Part shown: one piece after another, positions 50,270-64,000 of the stretch
How positions within the stretch are numbered: the first letter of the stretch is position 1
Layout of the letters: the number at the start of each line of letters is the position of its first letter
Assembly (NCBI RefSeq): GCF_009834535.1
Contig: NC_045697.1
Span: 49,788,001 to 49,852,000, forward strand
Length of the DNA: 64,000 nt
Direction: 5' to 3'
Origin: Camelus ferus
Lineage: Eukaryota
Program-made: the position numbers and the translations under genes
The notes under the pieces: generated by a model
What the model saw: only the letters and a program-made list of their open reading frames with translations
Told to the model about the DNA's origin: nothing
The model's database searches: none

Positions 50270-50830
50270 TAAATTCTGCTTGAACCGTAGAACCAGAAGT
50301 GAACGGGATCTCGGAAGGCTTTAGCCCACTCTTGATTCCCCTTACACGAATCTCGTCTACCATAAATTTGACCAGTGGTCTTCCAGGCTGTATGAACCTA
50401 TCAACAATGGGAATTACCAATGCCCAGATGTAGTTTGTCCCATTTCTGGGTGGTGTGAGCTGTCAAAGTTCTTCCATAACGAAAGCATAAATGAGCTTTC
50501 CTGTAGCATTGCTTCTTTAGTTTTGGCTTTTTTTTCTAGCGATGCACAGAAAATTTCCAAGTTATCTTATTCACAAAAGATAGCCCTTTAGGTATTTGAA
50601 GATTTAACCCCGATTCTTTAAAGGGTTCTCTTTTTCTGACTGAATATCCTCATGCTCTTTGTGTGGATTACATAGCACACGTCCCCTGTGACTAAAACTG
50701 CAGCAAACACTACAGATGTGGTTTGATCAATAGCAAGTCTGCAGAGGCTTAATTATCACCTTTGTTCTGGATATCATAGCTCCACGTTGCATTTACCTTG
50801 TCAGGAGCATCTCCACCTCATGCCCAAAGC
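50270..50830 (-). mobile_element. L3/CR1 LINE fragment
   Basis: AGCCCTTTAGGTATTTGAAGA...ACTACAGATGTGGTTTGATC...TTGTTCTGGATA. Confidence 0.6.
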
Positions 50831-51024
50831 GGTTATACATAGCTCTTTTTCCTACCATAATGTACGCTCCCCCTTTCCTTCTCCAAAGCTCTAAACACTC
50901 TGCTTCACACCTAATAGATCCCTGATATGTTTATTCTTGAAACATGCCATGGTTTTCACATCCTTCATCTTCCTTGTCTTGTTCCGTGTATGACCTGTGT
51001 TTGGAGGAGATAAAACCGATTCTG

Positions 51025-51250
51025 TAACATGGAGGAGAGAACGTGTGTTGTGTAGTCAGAGACCTGTTCAAGTCCTGACTTTCTGTTTTCCTGGCTCTGA
51101 GCTGTGGGCAAGTTTCTTAGCCTCCCATGAACCCCAGTTTTCTCATCTGAAAACAAGGTGAAGAAAAATTTTTACTTAAAGGTTGTGGTGAGGATTAAAT
51201 GAGATGTCCCAGGAAATATGCAAAATATAGCCCTTGGCATGATTTACAGT
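51025..51250 (+). mobile_element. MIR SINE
   Basis: AGTCAGAGACCTGTTCAAGTCC...GGGCAAGTTTCTTAGCCTC...GTGAGGATTAAATGAGAT. Confidence 0.85.
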
Positions 51251-52369
51251 GTCTCTTCTCTCCTGACTCTCCCACTGCCTCCCACTTTGTTCCTCTTTTA
51301 CCTTATACAGTTAGAGGACATAAAAAAACAAAGCCACATGGGCTCAACTAAGGGTGTTCAGGATGACCACTGCGGGCTGGAGCAATGGCAGACTTCTGGG
51401 GGCAGCAGGGCCTGGGCTCAACCTTGTAGGTTGTGTGGGAGTGGGCTGACTACAGGGATGAGTGGAGAAGTTTGTTCCCTGACTTTGAAAGGGATGTTCA
51501 TTTTTTAAGCTTTCTGAAAATGAAGACAAAACTGCTAGCATTCTATGTTGGAAGGAACATTTTGTTTCTAACTCATTAGTTTTGAAATCTGGCTTAAAAG
51601 GGTTGGGACATGCTTTGACTGCTGTGATGAGACAAGCATGAAAAAAACCAAAAAACAAAAAACAAAAAATCAAACAAACGGGCTGAGGTTTAAATTGCCT
51701 AGGTCCTGAGCAGAGACTTCACAGAGTATTTGCAAGCCAAAAGAGTTCATTTTCTGTTTCCTTAGGGCAATATATATATATTTTAATTATTAAACTTAGC
51801 AGGTCTGAATTGGATAATGAAGACCGGACCACTGATGCTAATATGTCATCAGGATGATGGAAAATCAGATTTGGGAACACTCAGAGAGGCCAGGAAAAGT
51901 GGGTTCTGGGAATGTTCTAGGTTATTGAGAGAAGCTAGATTCTATAGGCCTATCCATGTTTAGTTTCTAAGTTTTCCCAGAATCCATCCTTTTTATATGG
52001 CTTGGCAAGCAATTATTTTATTCTTTCTTGTGAAGTCATAATCTGGGACATCATTTTGGAAGGTTTGCTGGTAGCTATTCTTTGGTCTGCTCTGCCTCCG
52101 CTAGTTTTATTTTTAACCCTCTCTTGATTATTTCCAAACCCCTTAATCATAAAAGCTCGTTTTCTTTTATTAGGAGGGATTTATTCACAAGGCTAACTCA
52201 GACCTACATGGCATCTTTTAATATACATTACTGAATGCCGACATGATTCTGCAAGCTTTAAGAAATACTTTCTGACACAAGATACACAAAGCATGTGGAA
52301 AAATGACTATAAGCTTATAATTTGAATCAGTTCAGTTTTAAGTATGCTGAAGCAATTCTTTTGACAATA

Positions 52370-52715
52370 GCAATGAATATACATGAATGTTTGTGTCCCC
52401 CTCCTCCCAAATTCATATGCTAAAACCTAACCACCAGCGTGATGATACATGGAGGCGGGGCCTTTGGCAGGTGAATAGGCATGAGGGCCGAGCTCTCACA
52501 GGCAGGATTAGTGCCTTTCTAAAGAGACCCTGCTGAACTCACTCGCCCCTCCCACCGTGTGAGGACCCAACCAGAAGACAACCATCTAGAAACCAGAAGG
52601 TGGGTTTTCATCAGATGTCAAATATGCTGGTGCCTTGACCTTGGGCTTCCCAGCCTCCAGAACTGTGAGAAATACATTTCTGTTGTTTATAAGCCACCCA
52701 GTCCATGGTATGACA
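52370..52715 (+). mobile_element. MLT1A-like LTR
   Basis: TGAATGTTTGTGTCCCC...CCAGCCTCCAGAACTGTGAGAAATACATTTCTGTTGTTTATAAGCCACCCAGTC. Confidence 0.9.
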
Positions 52716-53494
52716 TGGCACTGCTCGTCCTCCCTGCACTTATGCGGAGACTTTTGGATTCCTGGGGCATTCTATCCTCTTCTTGCTATTATTAGGGCAT
52801 CTGAGGGTTGAGTCACAGGAACCTCACCCTGACTGCACCCCAGAGGACGCTTTTCTTGACTTCTTATGGTGGGAAGAGCACAGCTTGTTGACGGAGGCTT
52901 TCCACTGGCCTCCTCTGGTCTCCGATCTTGAGCAGATTTATCATCCTTTTGGAGTGACTAGGACAAGCGGAATGGATGGCGAGGAGGACATGGACAGTTT
53001 GGCAGTGACAGAGATCATCTCTGCCTTTAGAACAAGAAAAGGTTGTTGTGAGAAGCTAAGGAAGGAAATGGAAGGCCAGGATTAAACTAACCGTGCCACC
53101 ACTCTGGGAGTACTTTCCCACAACATAATCAAACAAAGTGACATCAGGGGTACGGATGGCAGAGATGCAGAGGATGGAAAACCTGAGGACAAATCTGTTG
53201 CCATTGACTGGCCCCTTTTGTTCTTTCCAGAAAGGCCCAGGCAAGACATCCTGGAGAGAAAGCTCTGGAATAATCACTCTTAACACAACACAGCAGGGAG
53301 AAGGGAGTAGGACCTCTTGAGCGAAGCAGAATTTCGGGCAGATTTGAGTGATGACAGATGTTTTTGCCTTCCTCATAGATTCATTTGTTCGTTCCTTCAC
53401 TCTTTAGTTTATTTAACAAGATGTGTTCATTAACTTTTGTGCCAGGCACTATGCTAGGTTTTAGTTCTCTATATGTTAGTGTAAGAGCAAGTTT

Positions 53495-53778
53495 CTTTTT
53501 AAAAATTTTTATTATTATATTTTTAATTGAAGTATAGTGGCTATACAATATTATAAGTTACAGGTATACAATATGGTGACTCAAACTTTTTAAAGGTTAT
53601 ACTCCATTGATAGTTATAAAATACTGGCTGTTCTCCCCGTGCTGTACAGTATGTCCTTGTAGCTTATTTTATACCTAATGGTTTGTACCTCTTACCCCCC
53701 TACCTCTATATTTCCTCTCCCCTCTTCCGTCTCCCTAATGGTAATCACTTGTTTTGTTCTCTGTAACTCTGAGTCTGT
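53495..53778 (-). mobile_element. L1 3' fragment
   Basis: TTTTAATTGAAGTATAG...TTTTTAAAGGTTATACTCCATT. Confidence 0.85.
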
Positions 53779-54199
53779 AAGACCAGATTGCTTGACCTCA
53801 CAGCACTGATAGATTGGGGTGTGTGTGTGCATTCATGCACGTGATCAGAGAAACAGATATTAAAAAAAAATATGTATAGAATGTGATATAGCATGAACAA
53901 GTCATACAATGTTCTTTGGGTGCACATAGCTTGGGAGACCAACCTCCCCCAGGGCTCCAGGAAAGCTTCCTGGAGCACATAATTTTGAAGCTGTGTTGAG
54001 ACAGCACAGCAGGGTGGGCAAGAGCAGGCAGGGAGAGTATTCTAAACCCGTAGTAGCTCGTGCATGTGTTGGGGGGGGGGCATGGTTCTTCAAGGCGAGG
54101 TCATCCAGGCATTGAAGTTTATAATAAGGGAAGTGATGTTCAGGTATTGTTTACTACTTCTGCGGATGGACTGAGGAAGGGAACAATGTGAGAGAGCCT

Positions 54200-54695
54200 T
54201 AGTTTGGTGTAGGAAGCACTCTGGTGCCCCCATCAAAGCCCCTCAGACCCCAATGCTTTTAGCCTCGGTGTGGATGCCGGCTCCACAGAGTGCACACCAC
54301 TGCGGGCTGCTGGAATACTGCCTCGAGCTCTCAACTTGGGTCTCTCCTCATCCCACCCAGGCCCTTCTGCAGATGCAGCAGGAGCTTGCTAGAGTAAGTG
54401 CTCCTGGGGCCAATTTCCAGTCAATGGTGACCAGAATGATGGATAAAAGTGTTGTGCCATCTTTCAGGTGGGCGCTTCTGGGAGGGATTCTGAACTCTTT
54501 TCAGGGATTCTGGTGGAATTCAGCCCCAGTTGCTCACAGCAGTGACCTTGATAATGAACCTTTGCATTGGCCTCCCTGCCTTTTCTGAGTCTCATTAATC
54601 CCTCTCTCTTGCTTCCTGGGCTCACGTATCAAATAAGCCACCTGTGCTTCAGTGCCCATGTCAAGGGTGCCCCCAGGGAAGCCCAAATTTAGAGA
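54200..54695 (+). mobile_element. LTR16-type LTR
   Basis: AGCCCCAGTTGCTCACAGCAGTGACCTTGATAATG...GCTTCCTGGG...GGGAAGCCCAAA. Confidence 0.8.
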
Positions 54696-57680
54696 GTTGT
54701 CCACCTAAAGTCAAGTGAAGCTTCCCTTAACTTTTAATTGGGTGCTTCTTCATCAAGCGCTGCATCTTAATCGAGTTCCTCCAGCACCTGTGATGCTGCT
54801 GTCTCTAAGGAACGCTCTGCCGGCCCCTCCCAGTTTTGCAGGTGGGTGAAGCTAAGGCTCAGCCCACTTCAAGTACAGCCCATGATTAAGGCTCAGGATT
54901 TCTGCTTTCAAATTAAATACCTTCTGGACTGCACTATTTTGGGACATTGTACTTCTTCTCAGGGAAGTGACTCATTCTGTGTACCCATTCCCTGAGTTTT
55001 ATCTCACCTCTTTTGTTGGAAGTCTTCTCCTCAAAGGAATAATCCAGTCCAATGTGAAGCATTTGAAAATGCTGTCTGGTCCTCACTCGTGGTGTATTCA
55101 TGCACAAGAAACCACGCCATTAGGTTTTAGGGAACTCAAAACAAGAGAATCTAGAAATCATCTTGTTTTAGAGATAACTGCTTCCATCCCAAAGTCTGTG
55201 TCCTGAGACGCAAGGGCATTGACTGATATCACAGACTAAGATGCAGCAGTGGGGGGTGTGTGTGTGACACATTTAACACACCTGGTCCAGTTTAGAGGGA
55301 TGCTGTAGGTTTTAAATGGGGTCTTTCCGTTCATAATTCGCAGGAGAAAAGCAGTTATTTCCACAATGCAGAAAACATGCTAAACTTTTTCCTGAGCTGA
55401 TTGCAATTTGACTGATCTGAGGAGTCCAGCTTCTTATAAATTCTCATCAGCAGCATCACAATGAGATACTCAGGGTCTACTCTCTCCTTTCTCAAGTCTG
55501 CCTTAAATGCCTGATTTATACTGAAGGAAAAGAAAATCCACTGACCTAACTAGTATATCAGAGAGAAGAATGAAATAGAACTTTTGGCTCTCAGGGCCAT
55601 TCCAGCTTGTCATTTTGTGAAATTAGAGACAGATGGGTGCTGTCTGTGTGTTGTGGGAAATTCTGTCCTACATTCTAGCCAATGCTGGGAGTTCTGAAAG
55701 AGGACAGAGAGGGGAAAGAGAAAGCAATTTGGACAAGACAGAATATATGCTAATTCTGTGACAAAAATAGCATTAAATCTGCAAACATTAATTCTTGGCA
55801 AGTCTCATTCTTAGCCTGTGTTCTTTCCCTTTTCCAGCTTTCACAGTAGGAAATGAATTTAAACTGGTTGCTAATGGAATAGGATTCAGAGGTCATCTGG
55901 CTTGTCTCTCACTGCAGAGTATCAGTTTATGATGAGATCTAGGAGGTAGAAAGGACCACTGGTGGTCAAATAATCAACCTAGATTTCAGGCAGATCCTAA
56001 CTAATTTTGAGCTGTTGCGACTGTTGCTCCAAAGACTCAAGCAGGTGGCAGTATGTGGGAAATGGGCTGTTGGTGGAAAGAGAGGGGGTTTGGAGGAGAA
56101 TGGGGTCCACACTCCAGGAGTTCCATAACACAGTGGATCTCTCTACAAATAATCCTCTCTCTTCTTACAGGCATCCTGAGGTTTCTGGGATCACATTCTG
56201 GGGCTGAGGTTAAAGGCTTCAGGTGGATCACTATGTTGGAGTGAGGAAAGATAAAGATAGTAGGATGTTGCAGGGGTGTTAGGATGTTGTGGGCTCAAGG
56301 AGCTGAGTTTAGATGGAGACACATAAAAAGGACCCAAGTAAGATGCTGAGGATTCAGGAGCCTTGAGGTCACCAAGGCAGGGTCTGGGATGGCCCTGATG
56401 GTCCCTGTGAGGTACCGGGCAGTTAGAGGTCTGATTTACAGAGCAAGGAAAGGGGGTAAAAACAAATCGAGCTTTGAGGAGTCTCTGTGAATACTGACTG
56501 AAAGAGAGCAAAGGGAAGCCTTCACAGAAAAAGATAGTATAAAGTCAAATTACAAAGAGAATGAGTCAATTTCCATGGAAGGTAAGTGGCAAATCTCTTT
56601 GTTCTTGGTCCAATGTCTTTTGAGCCTCAGTTCCTTATTTGTGAAACAGACATAAAAATTCTTCCTACAACCCATATTGGGAAAGAAAATCAAATGAGAT
56701 CATGTCATAAATAACGAGAAAAGATGGTTATATGAAGTTCGGTGGTGTCCTATCACGGGGCTAACTGGCAGGAGGGAAGGGAGGCCTTCCTGTGGTGAAC
56801 CACACACTTTATTGGCTGGAGATGGACTCCCCACCCCAGAGAAGATCCTTAAGGGGGCTTCTCAGTTACCCTGTAGTTTTGAACATAGACTTCTTTTTAA
56901 AATTGAAATTTTTGCTAATTCGTATTTACTTTTCTTTATAAATATCCTACTATAAAGTTTAAAATAATAATTTTCCAAGGATAGGGGCTTTCAGAAAGGG
57001 ATTAAAAATAATTGGCCCTTTTCCCAGGAAAGTACCTGGACGGAGGAGTTCCTACTTCATCATCACTGATCCTTAGATGGGGCAAAACTAGGCAAGTAGC
57101 CTTCTTTGCAGAATTCTGTCTAACTGCCCTGAGCACGGTGTGCAACGTGCAGGCCAGTGCTGAACAATCTGGGGTAGGCAGGATTTGGTTGGGTCCAGCA
57201 CACCAGCCCTACAGGAAGAAAATAAGATGGAAGACGAGTGAATTCTTAGGAATTGTTGTGAAACTCCTGTTTCCCTCCTAGGCTACTTGTGAAAAGGCTG
57301 ACTGCTAGTGGGGAACCACCACAATAAATCACACAGCCTTGAATGATTTGGTAGTTGTTTGAAAAAGACTACTTAGATTGAAAAGAGGTCTGCCTTAGTG
57401 GGCTGATCAGAAATAATAGCAGCGTGTCATTCTTTCATGATGTCTCCCCTGAAATATTTCCCACTCTTTAATTGAAGGATTCTCAGTAGAAAGCAGTAAA
57501 GCTAAAGGGTTTGGTTTTGATCTATAATTCAAGTGCAAAAGGAATCCTAAAGACACCTGAGGAGCATGTAAGTAGCTGTGTTATGTCTGCTCTTCCCAAC
57601 TTCATCTACTCTCTGTAAAATGAGAGGCTTTCTGGAACTTAATCATTAGGAATCAAAAAGGTTCAAAGACATCAGAGCTC

Positions 57681-58556
57681 TTATTATAGACATATTTTTT
57701 ATTCACAAAACTTCTGATACCAAATGTATGAGTTTTCCACACCACGCAATGCTCCAATTCTCTGTGGACACCAACTGGGTATCCAAAAATTTAATTCTGA
57801 CACTAACTACCTGGAGTTAGCAAGACCCCAGAGGTTAAGGGCTCAGTTGCACAAGACTGCTCCCCACTTCAGACTCCTATCACAAGTAGTGGGTCCCCAG
57901 GCAACCCAGACTTCCGTCCAACTTGGCTAAAAATTGGGTGTTTCCATGATCATCTTCTCACATTTGATAATTTGCTGTAATGGCTCACAGAACTCAGGGA
58001 GACACTTTACCTACTGTTACTGGTTTACTAGAAAGGATACTATATAGACACAGATGAGTAGCCAGATGAGGTCCACAGAGAGAGGTCCAGAAGGCTGCTG
58101 GGACAGGAGCCTCTGTCCCTGTGGAGTTTGGGATGGAATACCTTCCTGGCACATGGACGTGTTCACCAAGTTGAAAGCTCTCTGAACCCTGTTGTTTAGG
58201 GGATTTCTGGAGGTTTCATTATGTAGGCAGGAATAATTAAATCACTGGCCACTGGTGAATGACTCCATCTCCAGCCCCTCACCTCTCCCTCTAGGTTGGG
58301 GAGTTGGGTTTAAAGTCCCAACCCTCTAACCCCATGGTTGGTTCCTCTGGCAACCAGCCCCCATCCTGAAGCTACGCAGGGGTCCACCAAAAATCACCTC
58401 ATTAACATAAACTCAAGCCTGGTTGGAAGGAACTTATTGTAAATAACAACAGACACTCCTCTTATCCCTCAGGAAACGACAAAGGTCTTAGGAGCTCTGT
58501 GTCAAGAATCAGGGATGAAGATCACACACATATATATTTCTTATTATAATATCACA
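57681..58556 (-). mobile_element. MER21-like solo LTR
   Basis: CTGACACTAACTACCTGGAGTTAG...GGCTCACAGAACTCAGGG...ATATTTCTTATTATAATATCACA; 4-bp TSD GCTC. Confidence 0.88.
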
Positions 58557-58758
58557 GCTCCTTACCTAAAAAATTAATTTTTTAGTATATAATTATTAGT
58601 AAACATATTAAACATCTATGCTAAAGTTTAATGTGTTTTTTAAAAGGTAACTTACCACTAACCATGGATATCTTATTAAGAATTATTTAGTTATATTGAC
58701 TTGGAAGGAAAAAAACCCTAAAATTTTGATGAGGCAGACTCATGAGGAAAGGTTTTGA

Positions 58759-58793
58759 ACTTAGCAGGAGCTTCACTGGATCTCCTGCTAAGT
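58759..58793. repeat. Perfect 12-bp inverted repeat with 11-nt loop
   Basis: ACTTAGCAGGAG-cttcactggat-CTCCTGCTAAGT. Confidence 0.9.
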
Positions 58794-59146
58794 GAATTGG
58801 TGGAGAGACTTCATTAATCACCAGTTGATCAATATGCTAGTCATGGGGTGGGTGACAGGCTGTGGGTGGGAGAGTAAGATGTGTGGGTATTAAGACAAAT
58901 AGGATATGGTTTCTGATTTTAACAAGCTTGCCACCCAGTAGGAGACCTAGACATATAAAACTATAATTAACAATTTAATTTCATTTTAAGCAGATAATTT
59001 CAATATAATGTGATACAGTAGGGAAACACATAGGCACCAGGTGCTATGGGAAGTAAAGGGAAGTGGCTCAACCCAGTCTGTGAGTTGGATGAATCACAGA
59101 TGGCTTTCTATACAGAGGAGCCTGACCTGAGGTTTTGCTTGTTTCC

Positions 59147-59768
59147 TTTTTTAAAGCCAGGTTTATTGAGGTGGAATTTACACACAGTAAAAATTATCCA
59201 TTTTTAAGTGTACAGTTTTATGAATTTTAACAAATGCACATAGTTATATAGCCATCACCCCAATCAAGATATAGAATATTTCCATCCCCCTAAAATGTTC
59301 CCTTAAGCCCTTTTCTGGTCAACTCTTTTCCTCCATATTCAGCCCCTGGCAGTTCCTGATCCAATTTCTTTCCCTATAGTTTTGCCTTTTCCAGAATGTC
59401 CTATAAAGGGAATCATAGAGTATGTAGCCTTTTGTGTCTAGTCTCTTTTATTCACCATAAATGCTCTTGAGATTTATCCACCTTGTTGCATGTGTCAGTA
59501 GTCTGTTCCTTTTTATTGCTGAATAATGTTCCATTGTATGCCTGTACCATAGTTTGTTTATTCATCTGTTGAAGGGCATTTGGATTGTTTTTGGATTTTG
59601 ACCAAAATAAGTAAAGCTGCTATAAATATTTGTGTCCAGGTCTTTGTGTGGATATACGCCTTCATTCCTTTTGGATAGATAATTCGGAGTGAGATTTCAG
59701 GGTCACATATGAAGTATATGTTTATAAGAAACCCCTTGTTTCCACCAGCAATTTATGAGAGCCCCAGT
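59147..59768 (-). mobile_element. L1MB-like 3' end within an L2 remnant
   Basis: GGTTTATTGAGGTGGAATTTAC...AATCAAGATATAGAATATTTCCATC. Confidence 0.88.
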
Positions 59769-61039
59769 GTATAATAAGAATAGCTTATCTTTATTGTGGT
59801 GCAAAGAGGAGAAGTAGGGAAGATGTTTTTGCTCTCGTGTCATTTAGGCTGAGACCTGAAAAAGACCAGGAGTTATTCAGGCAAGCAGGATGGAACAGAG
59901 CATTCTTGGCAGACAGTTACGCATGTGCAAAAGTCAGCAAAGAGGCTTTAAAAAAGAAGAATGCAAAATATCTTTTGTATGTGACATGATGAAGATACTG
60001 AATTATGTTTCTGAGAGCAGTTTCAGTGAGGTGCTGTGGGTGGAAGCAAATGTGCTGATGTTAAAAGTGAATAGGATGTGAGGCAGTGGAGGGAAGTGTT
60101 TAGAGCATCCTAAAAAATGTTAGCTATGAGAGAGAGGGTGGGAGCTAGAGGTGATCCACAGGGTCTAGGAAGGTTGTTAAGGGTGGCAGAGACTGGAGCA
60201 GAATGATGGGCTAGAGAGGAGGAGGCTACAGATGCAAACAAGGGAGATGGCAAAGAAGGGGCTTGGCTTAGAGGAGACTGGAGGAAATTAAATCAGTGCA
60301 GCCTTTGACCTGATTGTCTGACATCGCCTTTTTGGTGTTGTTGGGTAGGGAGACAGGTGTGGAGACAGCAGGAGGCTGAGGTAGTCATGTGTGATCTACC
60401 TCCTACTTTATCATGAAAACTGAAGGAGATGCAATAGAAAAGGAAGTGGATTCCAGACAGAGAATTGAGGAATTCTAAGCTTCCCCGTAAGAAGGCAAAT
60501 TCATAGAACTATACAATAGGTTTACATTAAAAATTAGTATATATTTTAGGTAAATATCATATAGATACAATAAAGTATATAAAAATCTTCACAACCTTAA
60601 ACTGCATTATTGTGTTTTGTTGGATTTCCTTCCATTCATTTACTTATCCATACATTTTTCATGTCACTGAGGTGATACTGTTTGGGGGGCTATATGTACA
60701 CACCTCATTTGGGATGTTACTTTCTTCAGTTAGTGTGTTCCTTGTTCCTTTATGCACACTAGAATAGAGCTTCATGAAGCCAGTGACCACTTGTCTTATT
60801 GACTAATTATAGTCTCAAGTTAAGACTGTGACTTGCATGTTAAATGGTTCATGTATATTTATTAAATTAGTATGTTTTTGTTAATATTCTAGAGTGAGCA
60901 TTTCTCCCATGTTATTGACACTATTTAAAGGCATTTTAGTGACATCATAGTGTTTCTTGACATATATATACTGTCATTTATTTAATAATTCCTTGTCTGT
61001 TAGAGGCATAATTACACTTTGACAGTTGCTCTAATGTTA

Positions 61040-61290
61040 GTTATAGTGGTGATGGCTATTGTTTATTGAATGCTTGCTGGTATAAATATTCACTACTCTG
61101 CTTTATACACATTTCATTTCCCAATATCCCAAGATACCAATTAGTTAAGTATTATTATTATTCCCATTTTACAGCTGAGGAAAATGAAGCTAGGGGAGGT
61201 TTAGTAACTTGCCTAAAATCCTGAAGACCATGAGTGATATTTTGGACCCAACCCAAGGTCTGCTGATCCTGAGCCTGTGCTTCCTGAGTG
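61040..61290 (-). mobile_element. MIR SINE
   Basis: CCCATTTTACAGCTGAGGAAAATGAAGCT...TAACTTGCCTAA. Confidence 0.8.
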
Positions 61291-61529
61291 TTCTTTGTGG
61301 CCTCCAGGCAGAGGCCAGCTCCTCTCATTCAATCACTAAACGTCTACCAAGGACCTAGAGTGTGTGAAGCAATGTGTGGGTACAAGAGAGCGGAAGACAG
61401 AAGACACATGTGACAGTCCTAGACAACCTTCTGACTATAGAAGGCCAAAGATGTAAGGCGGGTACCAGAAACAGAGAAAACAAAAATTTAACTCCTGCTC
61501 CCCAGGGGGTTCAAAAGTCTGATTTGATT

Positions 61530-62800
61530 AATTCTGAGAAGTTTACTGGCCAGCATTTATGTGCCAGGCACTGGGGACATGGTGACTGAGATGGCCTGGT
61601 GCCCTGAACCCATGAAACCTGCAGACAAGGGGAGAAGAGGGCCTCAAATCAACAAATCCAAGTGCAAAGAATATTAGAGAAGGGCATGCTCAAGGGACTA
61701 GAAGAGCGTGCAGCCAAAACCATAAGCCTCATCTCGGGACTTGAGGAGGGTCTCTCAGAAGCAATGTTATTTCAGTTGAGATTTGAAGATAAGTAGGCAT
61801 AAATCCAATGGAAAAGGAGAGGAGGCAATGTGTTGGGAGCACATTGAGGGGAGGCTAGAGCCAAAGAGGAGCGGGGGCAGATAGATTGAGGGACATGTAT
61901 GTGGCTGGAGCAGAGAAAAGTGGGTGGGCAGGGTGGAGGGAGTGGAAGGAAGGAGGGCATGGGAGTAAGAGTGGCCAGGGTGGTGCCCAGCCTGGAAAGC
62001 CATGCTTGAGTTTTCCCCTTCATCCTCAGAGGTGATGGGAATCTGTAGGGGTAGGAAGTGTTCAGATTTGTGGAGAAAGTGGAGAGCTGATTGGTTGGGG
62101 CAGGTTAGGGGCTGGGGGAGTAGCTCATGGGAGGTGTGCTGCAGTGAAGAGGGAAGTTCAGGTGGGCTGAGGTAGGATATGGGCTAGACTGGATTGAGTG
62201 ATTGCCTAGAGAAAAGAATATGGGGAGAGAGGGGTTCATCTCTGAGCAACTGTGTGGATCTGGGGTCATTTACTAAGATGGAGAAGAAGAGAGGATTTGA
62301 GGGGGGATGATTAAGAATTCAGTTCTGGGTGCTTTAAATTTGAATTGCCAAAAAAACATGCAAATGGAGGATCTAGGAGGCTGTTGGATATATAGGTTCT
62401 AGACAAAGATATTTGGGCAAAGAAAAATACTCAAGAGTTATTGGTGTATTGATAGTAATTGAATCTCTGAAGTAGGGTGAGTCTGCTTAGAGAGACAGTG
62501 TTGAATGAACAGAGTACAGAGTTTAGGAGAGAGAAGGGCCAGCAGTTTAAGAGGCTGGAGGAGTAGAAACAGCAAAAGAGACTGAAATGAAAACAGATAC
62601 GGAGGAGATGTTTTAGAACCCAGCTGATGAGAGATTTTTTTCTCGTAGAAGGGACTAATCAAATGTCATATCCTCCTGAAAGGTCAGAAAAAATAATGGT
62701 TAAAAGTTGCCCATTGGATTATACAGTTTCTAGGTCACTGGTGACCTTGGCAGCAGCAGTGTTGGTTGCTGGGAAGGCAGAAGTGGTCTGGGTGGGTGGG
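61530..62800 (-). mobile_element. L2 LINE
   Basis: TATGTGCCAGGCACTGGGGA...CAGTTGAGATTTGAAG...GGTCACTGGTGACCTTGG. Confidence 0.8.
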
Positions 62801-63552
62801 GTCCCGGAGCTGCACCCCGTGAGCGAGGGGAGATGGGTGGTTAACGGATGTGGGTGGGCATGAGTTGTAGCAGCTGCGGTCCTGGAGGAGGGCTGTCATG
62901 AATTTTCCTGTTGGCCATTATAATTTTATGGGGGTAATTTGTTTTGCATTGTGACTTTTTAAGAGCTGGCACTAAAAGAAAAATGAGAGGCTTTCCAGGG
63001 ACAGCTTCTTTGACAGCTCAGCACCACCATGCACACCCTGAGAAACTTAAAGCTTAAAGAGGATGGGAAAAACTTACAGGCAATTTATTAGTTGTGTTTC
63101 AAGCTGTGCACAGTGCAACAGACTAACGGTATATTAATGCCTTCCTGGGAGGCTGCCATTCACCTAGCAGTAGAAATCTGAGGATAAAAATGGTCTGTGA
63201 AGTGAGAAACTCACTCAGGATATACAGCGGAGCTTTTGGAAGAAATGATCCTCACACTCATAACAAGCTTCTGGTTTTTTATTGAGAATCATTCTTCAGA
63301 GAGGCCAGCTTACTCTTAAAAAAATTGCTGGGAGCAGTGCTTTGGGGCTGTGCATCAGAGTCACTGTAACCCTGTCTTGTCTCAACAAATGGGGATTGTT
63401 GACCTGGGAGGGGGTATGTATAGAATTGCTTCTTGAATTAGAACTGAAAATCTCAGATTAAATTTTTCTTGACTTTGGCATGCACCATGATTTTTTCCCC
63501 TTGCATATTGATTTTTTTTTTTTAAAATTTTGATCATGTCCAATTCATTCAC

Positions 63553-63684
63553 TTTTTTTTGCAGGGGGTAGGTAATTAAGTTTATTTATTTATTTGATTT
63601 TTCATTGGAGGTACTGGGGATTGAACCCAGGACCTTCAGGCATGCTAGGCATGCACTCTACCACTTGAGCTATACCCTCCCCCC
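63553..63684 (-). mobile_element. Vic-1-type SINE, full length
   Basis: GGAGGTACTGGGGATTGAACCCAGGACC...GAGCTATACCCTCCCC with AGGTAATTAAGTTTATTT tail. Confidence 0.93.
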
Positions 63685-64000
63685 TTATTTTTCTGATTAT
63701 ATTTCCTTCAGCTTAATATTAAAATGAACTTGTCTTGTCTAAACACACCTATTTGGACTGAGACAAAGGCAGCCCAGGAGCTCCCTGGGTGATCAGGGGA
63801 AGCCAAATTGGTTGAAGTTTTAATTTGGCTGTAGAGATGCCACATGTGGACAATCCATAGGCAGATGATCTAAACTTGACCAGCAATGGGTGGGGCAATC
63901 CAACAGAGACCACAGAGGGTATAGGGGAGGTGACATAGTTCTCAGGAACCAGGAACTGAGCTGATAGCTAGAGTACAAGGGTGTGTCCAGATTCCGGTCC

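Overview
Mammalian genomic DNA, very probably camelid (alpaca/llama/camel). It carries several copies of the tRNA-derived Vic-1-type SINE (GGGGAGGGTATAGCTCAGTGGTAGAG...GGTTCAATCCCCAG...AAATAAACCTAATTACCTCCCCC) and young L1 3' ends, on a background of old eutherian repeats (MIR, L2, L3/CR1, MLT1/MLT2, LTR16/33, MER21, hAT MERs). I find no credible protein-coding gene. The recognisable ORFs are L1 ORF2 C-terminal fragments or simple-repeat translations; the rest look like chance ORFs. The window reads as intergenic or large-intron sequence. The most interesting things are retrotransposition oddities: a tripartite L1 + unique sequence + SINE-tail chimera, an L1 with three target-site copies, three 5'-inverted L1s, and a 48-bp L1 with a perfect 17-bp TSD. 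Also notable are a near-perfect 18-bp VNTR, ERV1 solo LTRs carrying STAT (GAS) motifs, candidate plus-strand non-coding exons/promoter at 17.7-20.6 kb, and a PBX-HOX motif cluster at 27 kb. I see no evidence for a wholly new biological system. Repeat family names come from recall of consensus sequences, not from a search, and boundaries of old repeats are approximate.
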